DNA of 64,000 nt from Eledone cirrhosa (lineage: Eukaryota), in the NCBI GenBank assembly GCA_964016885.1, contig OZ024765.1, positions 11,842,001 through 11,906,000 of the forward strand, written 5' to 3'. The notes beneath the pieces are model-generated. The model was not told the DNA's origin. It did no database searches and saw only the letters and a program-made list of their open reading frames with translations. How positions within the stretch are numbered: position 1 is the first letter of the stretch; each line of letters starts with the position of its first letter. This document shows, piece by piece, positions 43,669 to 55,154 of the stretch. Made by a program: the position numbers and the translations under genes.

Positions 43669-43930
43669 AATGATGCCAGAATGGACACTATTTACTCAAT
43701 TTTTGCTGGCCAAAGTTCAGCCATTGTTGAATCAGTAAAGCAATTTCATATACTTGCGTTGGGAGCGTGTTTGGTGGAGTGTTCGGATATGGCGGGGTCT
43801 GTGGTAGTTTGTAGTGTTGTAGTGTGTTGTGTGTTTTGTGCTACAAGAAGTTGGTGCTGTAAATATGAGCAATGTTTTATATATATATATATACATATAT
43901 ATCACATGACATATATATATATACACATAT

Positions 43931-43971
<41 letters not shown>

Positions 43972-44011
43972 AATGAAATGAATGAGGATGACATACATAT
44001 ATATATATATA

Positions 44012-44200
44012 TAGGAAAATGTATGACCCCGACGGCAGAGCTCAAGCCGTTTCGACGGCTATTTCTGGACTAAATATGAATTTAGTCCAGAAATAGCCGT
44101 CGAAACAGCTACTTCTGGACTATTTCCCACTCTACTACCCTAAGTATTGAGTGCTCTGGTGCGTTATGGTCCTTTTGTTTCCTTACCACTATTCCTTTGT
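44012..44200 (-). mobile_element. Family H6 copy with an internal ~31-bp-arm palindrome
   Basis: 44045-44075 and 44080-44110 are inverted; flanks match the reverse complement of 44660-44833. Confidence 0.7.
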
Positions 44201-44247
44201 TATATATATATAAAAGTACACCAACCACCAACGAAGTCATTCTTCTC

Positions 44248-44284
<37 letters not shown>

Positions 44285-44318
44285 CACATGAATCAAAGTT
44301 CTGTTCAAACCATTTATT

Positions 44319-44365
44319 AGCTTACAATTGTTTCGTCCAAACCGAGGTTTGGAGTCTTCGGAGCA
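44319..44365 (-). ncRNA. Minimal hammerhead candidate (family H2, second copy)
   Basis: Minus strand reads tgct-CCGAAGA-c-tccaaac-ctcg-gtttgga-c-GAAA-caattg-TA-agct-aataaa. Downstream flank homologous to 11738-11770. Confidence 0.6.
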
Positions 44366-44629
44366 ATTTTTCAATGATTGTTTACATACATGACCTCCTT
44401 TCCAACACAAGAGACATACAGAAACATATGTATATATCGATGCACAGTGGGGTGACATCCATTGTAATATTTTAGCATGGCAATTTACATTCAAAAATTA
44501 AAATCATATTAAAAGAAAATTAAAACAAAATTAAAGTTAAAATACAACATCGGCAGTTTACGAAGGGTTTAAAATATATATAACTATAAAAAGTTTTAGT
44601 ATATACATAACCATAAATAGTATCCTTAA

Positions 44630-44659
<30 letters not shown>

Positions 44660-44660
<1 letters not shown>

Positions 44661-44828
44661 ACGAAGGAAATGTGGTAAGGAACCAGGTGGACCATAACGT
44701 ACCAAAGTACTCAATACTTAGGGTAGTAGAGTGGGTAATAGGAACGAGTAGGACCCCGACGGCTAATTCTGGAGTCCAGAATTAGCCATCGAAACGGCTT
44801 GAGCTCAGCCGTCGGGGTCCTACTCGTT

Positions 44829-44833
<5 letters not shown>
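44660..44833 (+). mobile_element. Family H6 element ending in a hammerhead-shaped three-way junction
   Basis: 20-bp stem 44738-44757/44814-44833; hairpin 44758-44790; GAAA-cggct-tgagctc-agccg-TC. TA tracts on both sides. Confidence 0.7.
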
Positions 44834-44878
<45 letters not shown>

Positions 44879-45389
44879 TATATGTACTGTAAGATTTATA
44901 ATCTTTGAAGTTATAATGTAATGTACACATATATAATATTCATGTATATAATAAAACTGTGTGAACCTAATATAAATGTGTAATGTTGCCTCCTGTGTTT
45001 TATATATATATATAGTTATTATAACTATTAAGCTCTGTTACCTACATAGAGCACTCTTTTTTCCTGGACTTTTCCGACGATGTTTATATATGCATGTATA
45101 TATATATATATACATATATATGGTGGCTGCCAACTCGTTTTCGAGTACGGCCACTACTTTATATCCATGTAGGAGAACCCCTACCGATGCGCTGAACGAA
45201 TGTGACTTTTTAGTCCAGCCAGCGACTTGAAAACTCTGGTACAAAGACTACACTTGTGACCATTATTGACACATAGTGCAGGGCCCATGGTACCATGTGA
45301 TGACAAGTGCAGAGAGATCTCCAGATATAAAGCAATGCCTGTGCTGTGAAGCTTTTATAGTGAGCAAAGGCACTGCACAAAGCCAGTCC

Positions 45390-45725
45390 CACTCTCTTAA
45401 CCAAGATGATATTTACCAAAAAGAAGAACAAGTCAACATCATTGGATACCATCAGGGTTGCAGGTGTTATATCAGAGTTTTCCTTCTCCTAGAATTCTGC
45501 CTTGACAAAGGCTAAGGGGTCATCTCTCCCAGTGATTTTGGATGGCTATTGACTCTTAAGAGCTCCCTTGCCCTTTGACAGGTTTTGTTTTTAGTCCTGC
45601 AGGATGTCCAAAGTCACCCTCCTCACCAAGAAACCTTGGTGGGGTTGCCAGTTTAGTCGCCAACGACCCGACCATGAGACAGGTTGTACTGGGATACATG
45701 TTACCAGTAGCACCAACTGGTGACC
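45390..45725 (-). mobile_element. Probable 5' UTR fragment of an RTE-like LINE
   Basis: Minus strand ...ggcagaattctaggagaaggaaaactctgatataacacc... resembles RTE 5'-UTR motifs as I recall them; not verified. Confidence 0.35.
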
Positions 45726-45849
45726 ATATATATATATACATGCATATATACACATACATCATCATCATTTAATGTCTATCTTCCACGCTAGCATATACAT
45801 ACATACATACGATTGCTATTTAATACCCGAGCTAGTTAACTATATATAC

Positions 45850-46015
45850 ACAGTTGTCCCCAGGTATTAACAATGGTTACATTCCTAGGGAACCCGCGAG
45901 GAGTGAAAAACCGAGAATATTGGACGTGGTCCATAAAAATGCCTATAAATGTCAAAATATAACGTAAAATATAATTTTAAAAACAGCGGGACCGTCTTAT
46001 GTGAAGGAGCGTCCA
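45850..46015. mobile_element. Tigger/pogo-like MITE relic
   Basis: cagttgtccccaggtatt...ggttacattcctagggaacccgcgaggagtgaaaaaccgaga resembles pogo/Tigger left ends; right end truncated. Confidence 0.4.
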
Positions 46016-46039
46016 ATAGGCCAGCAAATATGATATCAT

Positions 46040-46376
46040 TCATCATCATTTCATTTTACGTCCGCTTTTCCCTGCTTGCAAGGGTGGGACGGGAACTGAT
46101 TCTGGTTTGATTTCTACAGCTGGATGCCCTTCCTAACACCAACCTCATTTACAGTGAGTGCTGGGTGCTTTTTTGCCGTGGCACCTCCACGACCACTTTG
46201 CAGTGGAATGATATGGACCCCAGTCCCTATCATCTCATTTCTACAGCTGAGTAAACTGGAGCAATGTGAAATAAAGTGTCTTGCTCAAGGAAACAACACA
46301 TCACCCGGTCTGAGAATTGAACTCACAACCTTTCGATTGCAAGGCCAATGCTCTAACCACTAAGCCATGTGCCTCC
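46040..46376 (-). mobile_element. SINE family B, full length
   Basis: Near-identical to 11046-11383. Confidence 0.85.
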
Positions 46377-46764
46377 ACTATATATATTGGTATTAATAAT
46401 TTCACATTAAAAAAATATGTATTGCCACGTAAAAAGCCATAAAAAAAAACACAGAAGATATTTACGGCTCTGTCAATATGTAGTGGTTTCCACAAACAAT
46501 TATTAGTTAGGTGTAGGAGACACGGCAAAAAGCACCCAGCACACAATGCCAATGTGGTTCACATTAGGAAGGGCATCTGGCTGTAGAAAACCAGCCAGAA
46601 ACATCTCTATATGAGTGAGATACGGTTACCCAACCCAACTTGCCTCTAAATCGGACCCGTCTAACCCATGCTAGCGTGGAAGATAGACGTTAATCGATGA
46701 TCTTGGTGATGATTATGATGATATACCTTCATATACAGGCTGTATCAAAAGGAACCATCCGATT

Positions 46765-46797
<33 letters not shown>

Positions 46798-46801
<4 letters not shown>

Positions 46802-46933
46802 GTTTCTACTTTAGGCACAAGGCCAGCAATTATCCAGTACATTACTGGTACTTTATTTTATCGACCCCGTAAGGATGAAAGGCAAAGTTAACCTCGGCGG
46901 GATTTGAACTCAGACTGTAAAGGGACGTAACTA
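46798..46933 (-). mobile_element. SINE family A, 5'-truncated
   Basis: Tail, central motif and B-box present. Confidence 0.8.
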
Positions 46934-47042
46934 TTATATATATATATAATAATGAGTTCAAATCTCAGGCGATCATTTACAATGAAATATATACGTTATT
47001 CCGGGTTGAATCATTGCAGAGTATAAAAGTTTTATTTTATAT

Positions 47043-47132
47043 ATGAGATTCTACAGAACTAGAACTGTTTCATTCTTTAGAAATCATCATGATTTCTAAA
47101 TAATGAAACAGTTCTAGTCCTGTAGAATCTCA

Positions 47133-47133
<1 letters not shown>
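47043..47133. repeat. Near-perfect palindrome (45-bp arms, 1-nt centre, 2 mismatches)
   Basis: atgagattctacagaactagaactgtttcattctttagaaatcat-c-atgatttctaaataatgaaacagttctagtcctgtagaatctcat. Confidence 0.9.
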
Positions 47134-47184
<51 letters not shown>

Positions 47185-47302
47185 CAATTCAAGTGTTATA
47201 GAATAAAAACTAATGATAAAACAAAAATATATTTTAAGAAATGAGGCCCCTGAGGATGTGTGGCCCTAATCTATAGCTTATTTAGCTTATAGGTAAGTAG
47301 AA

Positions 47303-47432
47303 GGAGCATGGCTTAGTGGTTAGAGCATTGGGCTTGCAATCGAAATGTTGTGAGTTCGATTCTCGGACCGGGTGATGTGTTGTGTCCTTGAGCAAGACAC
47401 TTTATTTCACGTTACTTCAGTTTACTCAGCTG
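47303..47432 (+). mobile_element. CORE-SINE head (tRNA part plus CORE-like domain) without the family B tail
   Basis: catggcttagtggttagagcatt...gagttcgattc...gtgtccttgagcaagacactttatttcac. Confidence 0.75.
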
Positions 47433-48264
47433 GGTGGCAGTAGTTCCAGCTGCACGCATCGTAAGACTGGTGTAGTGGTTCTGAGAACAATTCGGCTTTG
47501 CAGATGATCAATGCAAATTGACAATGGAAAGGGGCTCCTGCTCGAGTTAGAAGAGAACTATTGACCTTCAGGAGAAGCAGTGACCCCTGATTGTATTCAG
47601 CAACTGAAACAAATATGGAGTACACCAAATCCAATGCTCCTAGGGGCGGCCCTTCATCATCATCATCATCATCATCACCGTTTTACGTCCGTTCTTTCAT
47701 GCTAGCATGGGTTAGACCGGTTGTCCTGTTCTGGGCAGTGTCTGGTCGGCTGACCTTGTCTTGCTCATACGGGAACTGATCCTCCCTTGTTCGTCTTATT
47801 TGCGTGTGTAAACTTTTAAGATTAAATTAGTAAGTCCAGTACTGCAGCTGATTTGACAGAGCAATGTGAAATGAAGTGTCTTGCTCAAGGACTCAATTTG
47901 CCATGGGCAATTTAATTCATGAGCTCACCATCATGAGATGAACATCATAAACTTAAAGCCAAACGCATTCAAAAAAGATAAGTATGTAGAATATAAGTAT
48001 ATATTTGCTGTTATTTGCTGGTTAGGAGTGTCAATTATTGCTGGCAAAGTAAAGACTGCTTTCTGGTGATTGGTTGCTGGGAATCGAATTGACGGCCTAA
48101 TAAAATTGACGGGTGCAGCGCAATCTTGTTACAGTCAAATCTTTGAAATATTTATAACGTGCTAAATTTGCGTCTATTTGTATAATGTCAAGGTACAGCA
48201 CTGCGTCAAACATTTGAAACTCCACTACTCTCTTTTCATCTCTGTCTTTCTTTCTTTCCTTCTC

Positions 48265-49050
48265 AACCACCACCACCACCACCACCGTGAGTATTACTAC
48301 CACCCAACACAAATACCAACACCTGAACAACCCACCAATACTAACACCACCAATACCCTCACCACCACCACCACAACCACCATCAGCTCCACCACCACCA
48401 CATTCATCACCACCAACACCATCGCCACCATCACCACCATCATCACCACCAGCTCCACCACCATAACCATCATCACCAACACAACCATCACCACCACAAC
48501 CATCACCATCAGCTCCACCACCACCAGTTATACCAACACGTCCACAACCATCACCACCATCATCATCATCATCATCATCATCACCACCACCACCACCATC
48601 ATCACTACCACCACCAGCTCCATCACTACCACCACCATCACCACCAGTAATACCAACACCTCCACAACCATCACCACCATCATCATCATCACCACCACCA
48701 CCACCACCACCACCACCACCACCACCACCACCATCATCACAACCACCACCATCACCACCAGCTCCATCACTACCACCACCAGTAAAACCATCACCTCCAC
48801 AACCATCACCACCAGTTCCACCACCATTACCACCACCACAACAACCATCACCATCTCCACAACCAACCATCACCACCATCACCACCAGTAATACCATCAC
48901 CTCCACAACCATCACCACCAACACCACCACCAGCTCCACCACAACAACCATCACCATAACCAACCATCACCACCATCACCACCACCAGCTCCACCACAAC
49001 AACCATCACCATCTCCACAACCAACCATCACCACCATCACTACCATCATC
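48265..49050. repeat. (ACC/ATC)n tract
   Basis: Direct reading. Confidence 0.9.
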
Positions 49051-49300
49051 AAGGGTAAGTAGTTTAGTACAAGAGAGTCTCATTATAGAAGTCATTAACT
49101 TGTTTATATCATGTTAACCCTTTCATTACCGTATATCTACAATGTCATCTAGAGTTCTTTGGAAAACACAGTGGAGTGATTTAACCCTCTAGCATTTAAA
49201 CCAGCTTTATCTGGCCATAACTGGCCACTCTCAAAATAAATCACATCAAAATCTCGTAGATTCGATATTATGTGAGATAAAGACTTTACCATGAAAATAT

Positions 49301-49498
49301 AATTGTTTCTACTTTAGGCACAAGGCCAGCAATTACCCCAGTGCATTACTGGTACTTTATTTTATCGACCCCCGTTAAGGATGAAAGGCAAAGTAAACCT
49401 CGGCGGGATTTGAACTCAGACCATAAAGGGCCGTAACTCTTTGCTGCAAAGCATGGCGTCCGACCCTCTACCGATACTGCCAATCCACCACCTTCCAC
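49301..49498 (-). mobile_element. SINE-A inserted into a piggyBac-like MITE (49182-49533) with a 20-bp TSD
   Basis: ctttaccatgaaaatataat at 49284-49303 and 49499-49518. Confidence 0.85.
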
Positions 49499-49533
49499 CT
49501 TTACCATGAAAATATAATAGTATATATAGAGTA

Positions 49534-50535
49534 ATCATCATCATCATCATCTTTGTTTAACGTCCATCTTCCATGTTAGCATGGGTTTAGACGGGAGTTG
49601 TCCCAATCTGAGGCAAGGTTGGTCGGGTGACCGTGTCTCGCTCATATAGGACTGTCTGGCAGGTTTTCTACGGCTGGATGTCCTTCCTAACACCAACCAC
49701 ATTTACAGTGTGGAGTGGGAACTTTTTACCGTGTTACCTACACAACCACATTACAGCGTGGACTGTGTTTTTTTTGTCGTGACACCTACACGGCCACATT
49801 ACAGCGTGGACTGTGTGTTTTTTTTGCTATGACACCTACACGGCCACATTACAGCGTGGACTGTGTGTTTTTTTTCGTCGTGACACCTACATGGCCACAT
49901 TACAGCGTGGACTGTGTGTTTTTTTGCCATGACACCTACACGACCACATTACAGCGTGGACTGTGTGTTTTTTTGCCATGACACCTACACGGCCACATTA
50001 CAGCGTGAACTGTGTGTTTTTTTTCGTCGTGACACCTACACGGCCACATTACAGCGTGGATTGTGTGTTTTTTTTCGTCGTGACACCTACACAGCCACAT
50101 TACAGCGTGGATTGTGTGTTTTTTTGCCATGACACCTACACAGCCACATTACAGCGTGGATTGTGTGTTTTTTTGCCATGACACCTACACGGCCACATTA
50201 CAGCGTGGACTGTGTGTTTTTTTGTCGTGACACCTACACGGCCACATTACAGCGTGGATTGTGTGTTTTTTTGTCGTGACACCTACACGGCCACATTACA
50301 GCGTGGACTGTGTGTTTTTTTGTCGTGACACCTACATGGCCAGATTACAGAGTGGACTGTATGTTTTTTTGTCATGACACCTACATGGCCACATTACAGC
50401 GTGGACTGTGTGTTTTTTTGTCGTGACACCTACATGGCCAGATTACAGAGTGGACTGTATGTTTTTTTGTCATGACACCTACATGGCCACATTACAGCGT
50501 GGACTGTGTTTTTTTGTCGTGACACCTACACAATC
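49534..50535 (-). repeat. RTE-tailed SINE whose internal ~50-bp module is expanded to ~16 tandem copies (49730-50535)
   Basis: Unit gacacctacacggccacattacagcgtggactgtgtg(t)ngtcgt; unexpanded in the homologues at 19420-19490 and 38185-38255. Confidence 0.9.
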
Positions 50536-50933
50536 TCGATCTCATTATCTCATTTATTTGGACTGAATGTTGTGGTACCAACTTTACAGAGAGAGGGTGG
50601 TGTGTATATATACATATACACACACACATTTAGACACCCGTATATATATATATATGTGTGTGTATATATGCATACATGATAAAAGAGAAGAATAACTTCA
50701 CTGGTGGTTGGTGTTCTTTAATAGTTCAAATCCTTATAGTAGTTTGTTATTGATATTAGTTCTGTATGCATATATGTGTGTGTGTGTGTGTGTGCGTGTG
50801 CATGTGTGTATGTGTGTATATATATAAGTATATAATTATATACATCTACACATACATATGTATATATATATATATATGTATAAGTATATAGATATATATA
50901 CACATGTATATATATATATATGTATAAGTATAG

Positions 50934-50980
<47 letters not shown>

Positions 50981-51354
50981 GGTGTGTAAGTATATAAATA
51001 TATATATATATATATATACACATACATACCTATATATCTAAAATATATATATATATACACACACATATATCTATAATGCTCAAGTAAGTGCTGGCATGAA
51101 CTGCATCTCAACCCAAACAGTATGTATTGAACCACGACAAAAACAAAGATTGTTTAATCAGGCATGACTGATTGAATCTACATAATTAAACAGTGTTTTG
51201 CAGCTTAATAAAAACTTCAGTGATGCTTGAGTAAATGAGCAACAGAAATGCTAGAAATAGCGGCCAAACCTTTCTATTTATGTTCTTCCTGGCATTTATT
51301 AGAGCATGCCATGCTGTAGTACTGACTTGAAGGTATTTTGTTGAACTTATTACT

Positions 51355-51730
51355 CCAGAATTTCCCCTGCCCCCAAGTCTAGGATATATTTTCCTCAGAG
51401 TGTGGCCATGCTGTGGCATTATCAAGCTAATTAACCCTAGAATTCCCCCTGCCCCCAACTCTAGGATATATTTTCCTCAGAGCGTGGCCATGCTGTGGCA
51501 TTGTCAAGCTAATTAACCCTAGAATTCCCCCTGCCCCCAACTCTAGGATATATTTTCCTCAGAGCGTGGCCATGCTGTGGCATTGTCAAGCTAATTAACC
51601 CTAGAATTCCCCCTGCCCCCAACTCTAGGATATATTTTCCTCAGAGCGTGGCCATGCTGTGGCATTGTCAAGCTAATTAACCCTAGAATTCCCCCTGCCC
51701 CCAACTCTAGGATATATTTTCCTCAGAGTG
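51355..51730. repeat. 82-bp tandem repeat, ~4.6 copies
   Basis: ctagaattccccctgcccccaactctaggata... starts at 51437, 51519, 51601 and 51683. Confidence 0.95.
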
Positions 51731-52080
51731 CAGTGTCTCAACAGCTAACAATCGATGCAGGTAGTTTGTTCCATGGAGGTTTTAAAGGATGCAGTGTCTC
51801 AACAGCTAACAATCGATGCAGGTAGTTTGTTCCATGGAGGTTTTAAAGGATGCAGTGTCTTGACAGCTAATAACTGATGCAGGTAGTTTGTTCCATGGAG
51901 GTTTTAAAGGATGCAGTGTCTTGACAGCTAACAACTGATGCAGGTAGTTTGTTCCATGGAGGTTTTAAAGGATGCAGTGTCTCGACAGCTAACAACTGAT
52001 GCAGGTAGTTTGTTCCATGGAGGTTTTAAAGGATGCAGTGTCTTGACAGCTAATAACTGATGCAGGTAGTTTGTTCCATG
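51730..52080 (-). repeat. 61-bp tandem repeat, ~5.7 copies, derived from a LINE ORF end
   Basis: Starts at 51730, 51791, 51852, 51913, 51974 and 52035; minus strand encodes NKLPASVISCQDTASFKTSM. Confidence 0.9.
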
Positions 52081-52234
52081 CTTCAGCAACTCTGAGCATG
52101 AAAAGAATGTTTCGGAAAGTTACGGGAGCTGGCTGCTTTCTGACTTTGTAGGCATGCCCACGGGTGTTAGACATGATATTCAAAAAGGTGCTCAGGGTTG
52201 TTGTTGGAAAGATGGTTAATAATTTTGTTTCCAA
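52020..52234 (-). pseudogene. CR1/L2-group LINE ORF2 C-terminal fragment
   Basis: NTRGHAYKVRKQ...FMLRVAEAWNKLPASVISCQDTASFK matches the TRGH..K...F..RV...WN.LP......FK motif. Confidence 0.8.
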
Positions 52235-52604
52235 ACATTCCCAAAAGATCTGATCGGATTATTTTCCATCCAATGAGGATAGTGATTGTGATGCTGAAAA
52301 TGATGATGATGATGATGATGATGATCGCAACCACCACCACTGTCATCCCCACCATCATCATCATAGTCATCATCTATCTGCTATCTTTATCAACATGCCA
52401 ACTTATGGAGGACTATAAAAACAACGGAAGTTATCTAATCAAGTTTTAAGACATATCATATTGGTAAATTGATATCAATACATCACGGTATCAACAGTTA
52501 TCAGGAGATATCGGTGTGATTACAATTAATATAATGAACAAATAGAGTAATCAATATAACACACAAGATATGTGATATCATATCATATCATACATGTGGT
52601 ATGG

Positions 52605-54190
52605 TGAAGATGGTGGTGGTGGTGTTGAAGTAGTGATTTGGAGGTGGTGGTGGTGTAGAAGTAGAGATTTGGAGGTGGTGGTGTAGAAGTAGAGATTTGG
52701 AGGTGTGGTGGTGTAGAAGGAGAAATTTGGTGGTGGTGGTGTTGAAGTAGAGATTTGGAGGTGGTGGTGGTGTAGAAGGAGAAATTTGGTGGTGGTGGTG
52801 GTGTTGAAGTAGAGATTTGGAGGTGGTGGTGGTGTAGAAGGAGAAATTTGGTGGTGGTGGTGGTGTTGAAGTAGAGATTTGGAGGTGGTGGTGGTGTAGA
52901 AGGAGAAATTTGGTGGTGGTGGTGGTGTTGAAGTAGAGATTTGGAGGTGGTGGTGGTGTAGAAGGAGAAATTTGGTGGTGGTGGTGGTGTTGAAGTAGAG
53001 ATTTGGAGGTGGTGGTGGTGTAGAAGTAGAGATTTGGAGGTGTGGTGGTGGTGTAGAAGGAGAAATTTGGTGGTGGTGGTGGTGTAGAAGTAGAGATTTG
53101 GAGGTGTGGTGGTGGTGTAGAAGGAGAAATTTGGTGGTGGTGGTGGTGTTGAAGTAGAGATTTGGTGGTGGTGGTGTAGAAGTAGAGATTTGGAGGTGTG
53201 GTGGTGTAGAAGGAGAAATTTGGTGGTGGTGGTGGTGTTGAAGTAGAGATTTGGAGGTGGTGGTGTAGCAGTAGAGATTTGGAGGTGTGGTGGTGGTGTA
53301 GAAGGAGAAATTTGGTGGTGGTGGTGGTGTTGAAGTAGAGATTTGGAGGTGGTGGTGGTGTAGAAGGAGAAATTTGGTGGTGGTGGTGGTGTTGAAGTAG
53401 AGATTTGGAGGTGGTGGTGGTGTAGAAGGAGAAATTTGGTGGTGGTGGTGGTGTTGAAGTAGAGATTTGGAGGTGGTGGTGGTGTAGAAGGAGAAATTTG
53501 GTGGTGGTGGTGGTGTTGAAGTAGAGATTTGGAGGTGGTGGTGGTGTAGAAGGAGAAATTTGGTGGTGGTGGTGGTGTTGAAGTAGAGATTTGGAGGTGG
53601 TGGTGGTGTAGAAGGAGAAATTTGGTGGTGGTGGTGGTGTTGAAGTAGAGATTTGGAGGTGGTGGTGGTGTAGAAGGAGAAATTTGGTGGTGGTGGTGGT
53701 GTTGAAGTAGAGATTTGGAGGTGGTGGTGTAGAAGTAGAGATTTGGAGGTGGTGGTGGTGTAGAAGGAGAAATTTGGTGGTGGTGGTGGTGTTGAAGTAG
53801 AGATTTGGAGGTGGTGGTGGTGTAGAAGGAGAAATTTGGTGGTGGTGGTGGTGTTGAAGTAGAGATTTGGAGGTGGTGGTGGTGTAGAAGGAGAAATTTG
53901 GTGGTGGTGGTGGTGTTGAAGTAGAGATTTGGAGGTGGTGGTGTAGAAGTAGAGATTTGGAGGTGTGGTGGTGGTGTAGAAGGAGAAATTCGGTGGTGGT
54001 GGTGGTGTAGAAGTAGAGATTTGGAGGTGTGGTGGTGGTGTAGAAGGAGAAATTTGGTGGTGGTGGTGGTGTTGAAGTAGAGATTTGGTGGTGGTGGTGT
54101 AGAAGTAGTGATTTGGAGATTGAAGTGGTGGTGGTGGTGTAGAAGTAGTGATTTGGAGATTGTAGTAGTGGTGGTGGTGGTGTAGAAGCA
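52605..54190. repeat. ~31-bp dimeric (62-bp) satellite
   Basis: gttgaagtagagatttggaggtggtggtggt plus gtagaaggagaaatttggtggtggtggtggt. Confidence 0.95.
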
Positions 54191-54507
54191 GTGGTATTGT
54201 ATATGGCATTGTAGTGATGGTGTAGGTGGAGAAGGTGTATCAAACATGGTATGGTGGTGTGTTGTATTTGAAGCAGTAGGACCAACACTATCACCAAAAA
54301 TAAGACACGGTTGCTCTTGGTTACTCTCAACATTTTATTTTTTTTTGCTTGGTCTACCTTTTATTTTCTCTATCTATCCTTAGTGATCCTGTCTCTATTT
54401 TTGTACTCCTGAAGAAGGGCTAAACCCAACATGTCAAACTTTCTTTCCCTTTTTCTATATAAATCGTAAACTAATAAGACTTTTTGTACCTCTGTTTTAT
54501 TGTTTCC

Positions 54508-54722
54508 TTAACCTTCTAGCATTTAAACAGCCATATCCAGCCAGGATTCTCTCACCTCTTTCTGTTCAAACTGGCCATAACTAGCCACTCATACTGATGT
54601 TAAGGTATTGTTCTCAAAATAGATAATATCAAAATCTCATAGATTTGATAATATGTGAGATAAATACTTTACCATGAAAATACAATAGTAAATATAGAGT
54701 AATGCAATTGCTAAAGGGTTAA
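54508..54722. mobile_element. piggyBac-like MITE, full length
   Basis: ttaa-ccttctagca...tgctaaaggg-ttaa. Confidence 0.7.
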
Positions 54723-54814
54723 ACTAAATATATACATCGTAATAAAAAATACAAAACCAAACTCCAAAGAGGACTCAATAAGGGTTGTATGTGTGTGTGT
54801 GTGTATATATATAT

Positions 54815-55154
54815 ACATGGCTTAGTGGTTAGAGCATTAGCCTTGCAATCGAAAGGTTGTGAGTTCAATTCTCAGACCGGGTGATGTGTTGTTTCCTTGA
54901 CCAAGACACTTTATTTCACATTGCTCCAGTTTACTCAGCTGTAGAAATGAGATGATAGGGACTGGGATCCCTATCATTCCACTGCAAAGTGGTCGTGGAG
55001 GTGCCACGGCAAAAAAGCACCCAGCACTCACTGTAAATGAGGTTGGTGTTAGGAAGGGCATCCAGCTGTAGAAATCAAAGCCAGAATCAGTTCCCGTCCC
55101 ACCCTTGCAAGCAGGGAAAAGTGGACGTAAAATGAAATGATGATGATGATGATG
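54815..55154 (+). mobile_element. SINE family B, near full length
   Basis: tRNA-like head, CORE-like domain, internal hairpin, RTE-like tail with (GAT)n. Confidence 0.85.

Noticed and set aside
45640-45725. Possible HDV-like ribozyme at the putative RTE 5' end (minus strand)
   Set aside because: I could place P2/P3/P4-like pairings but no consistent P1 or P1.1.
52578-54333. Three overlapping 540-580 aa ORFs
   Set aside because: The 62-bp period cycles through all frames and gives the same peptide in each, so it is a satellite artefact.
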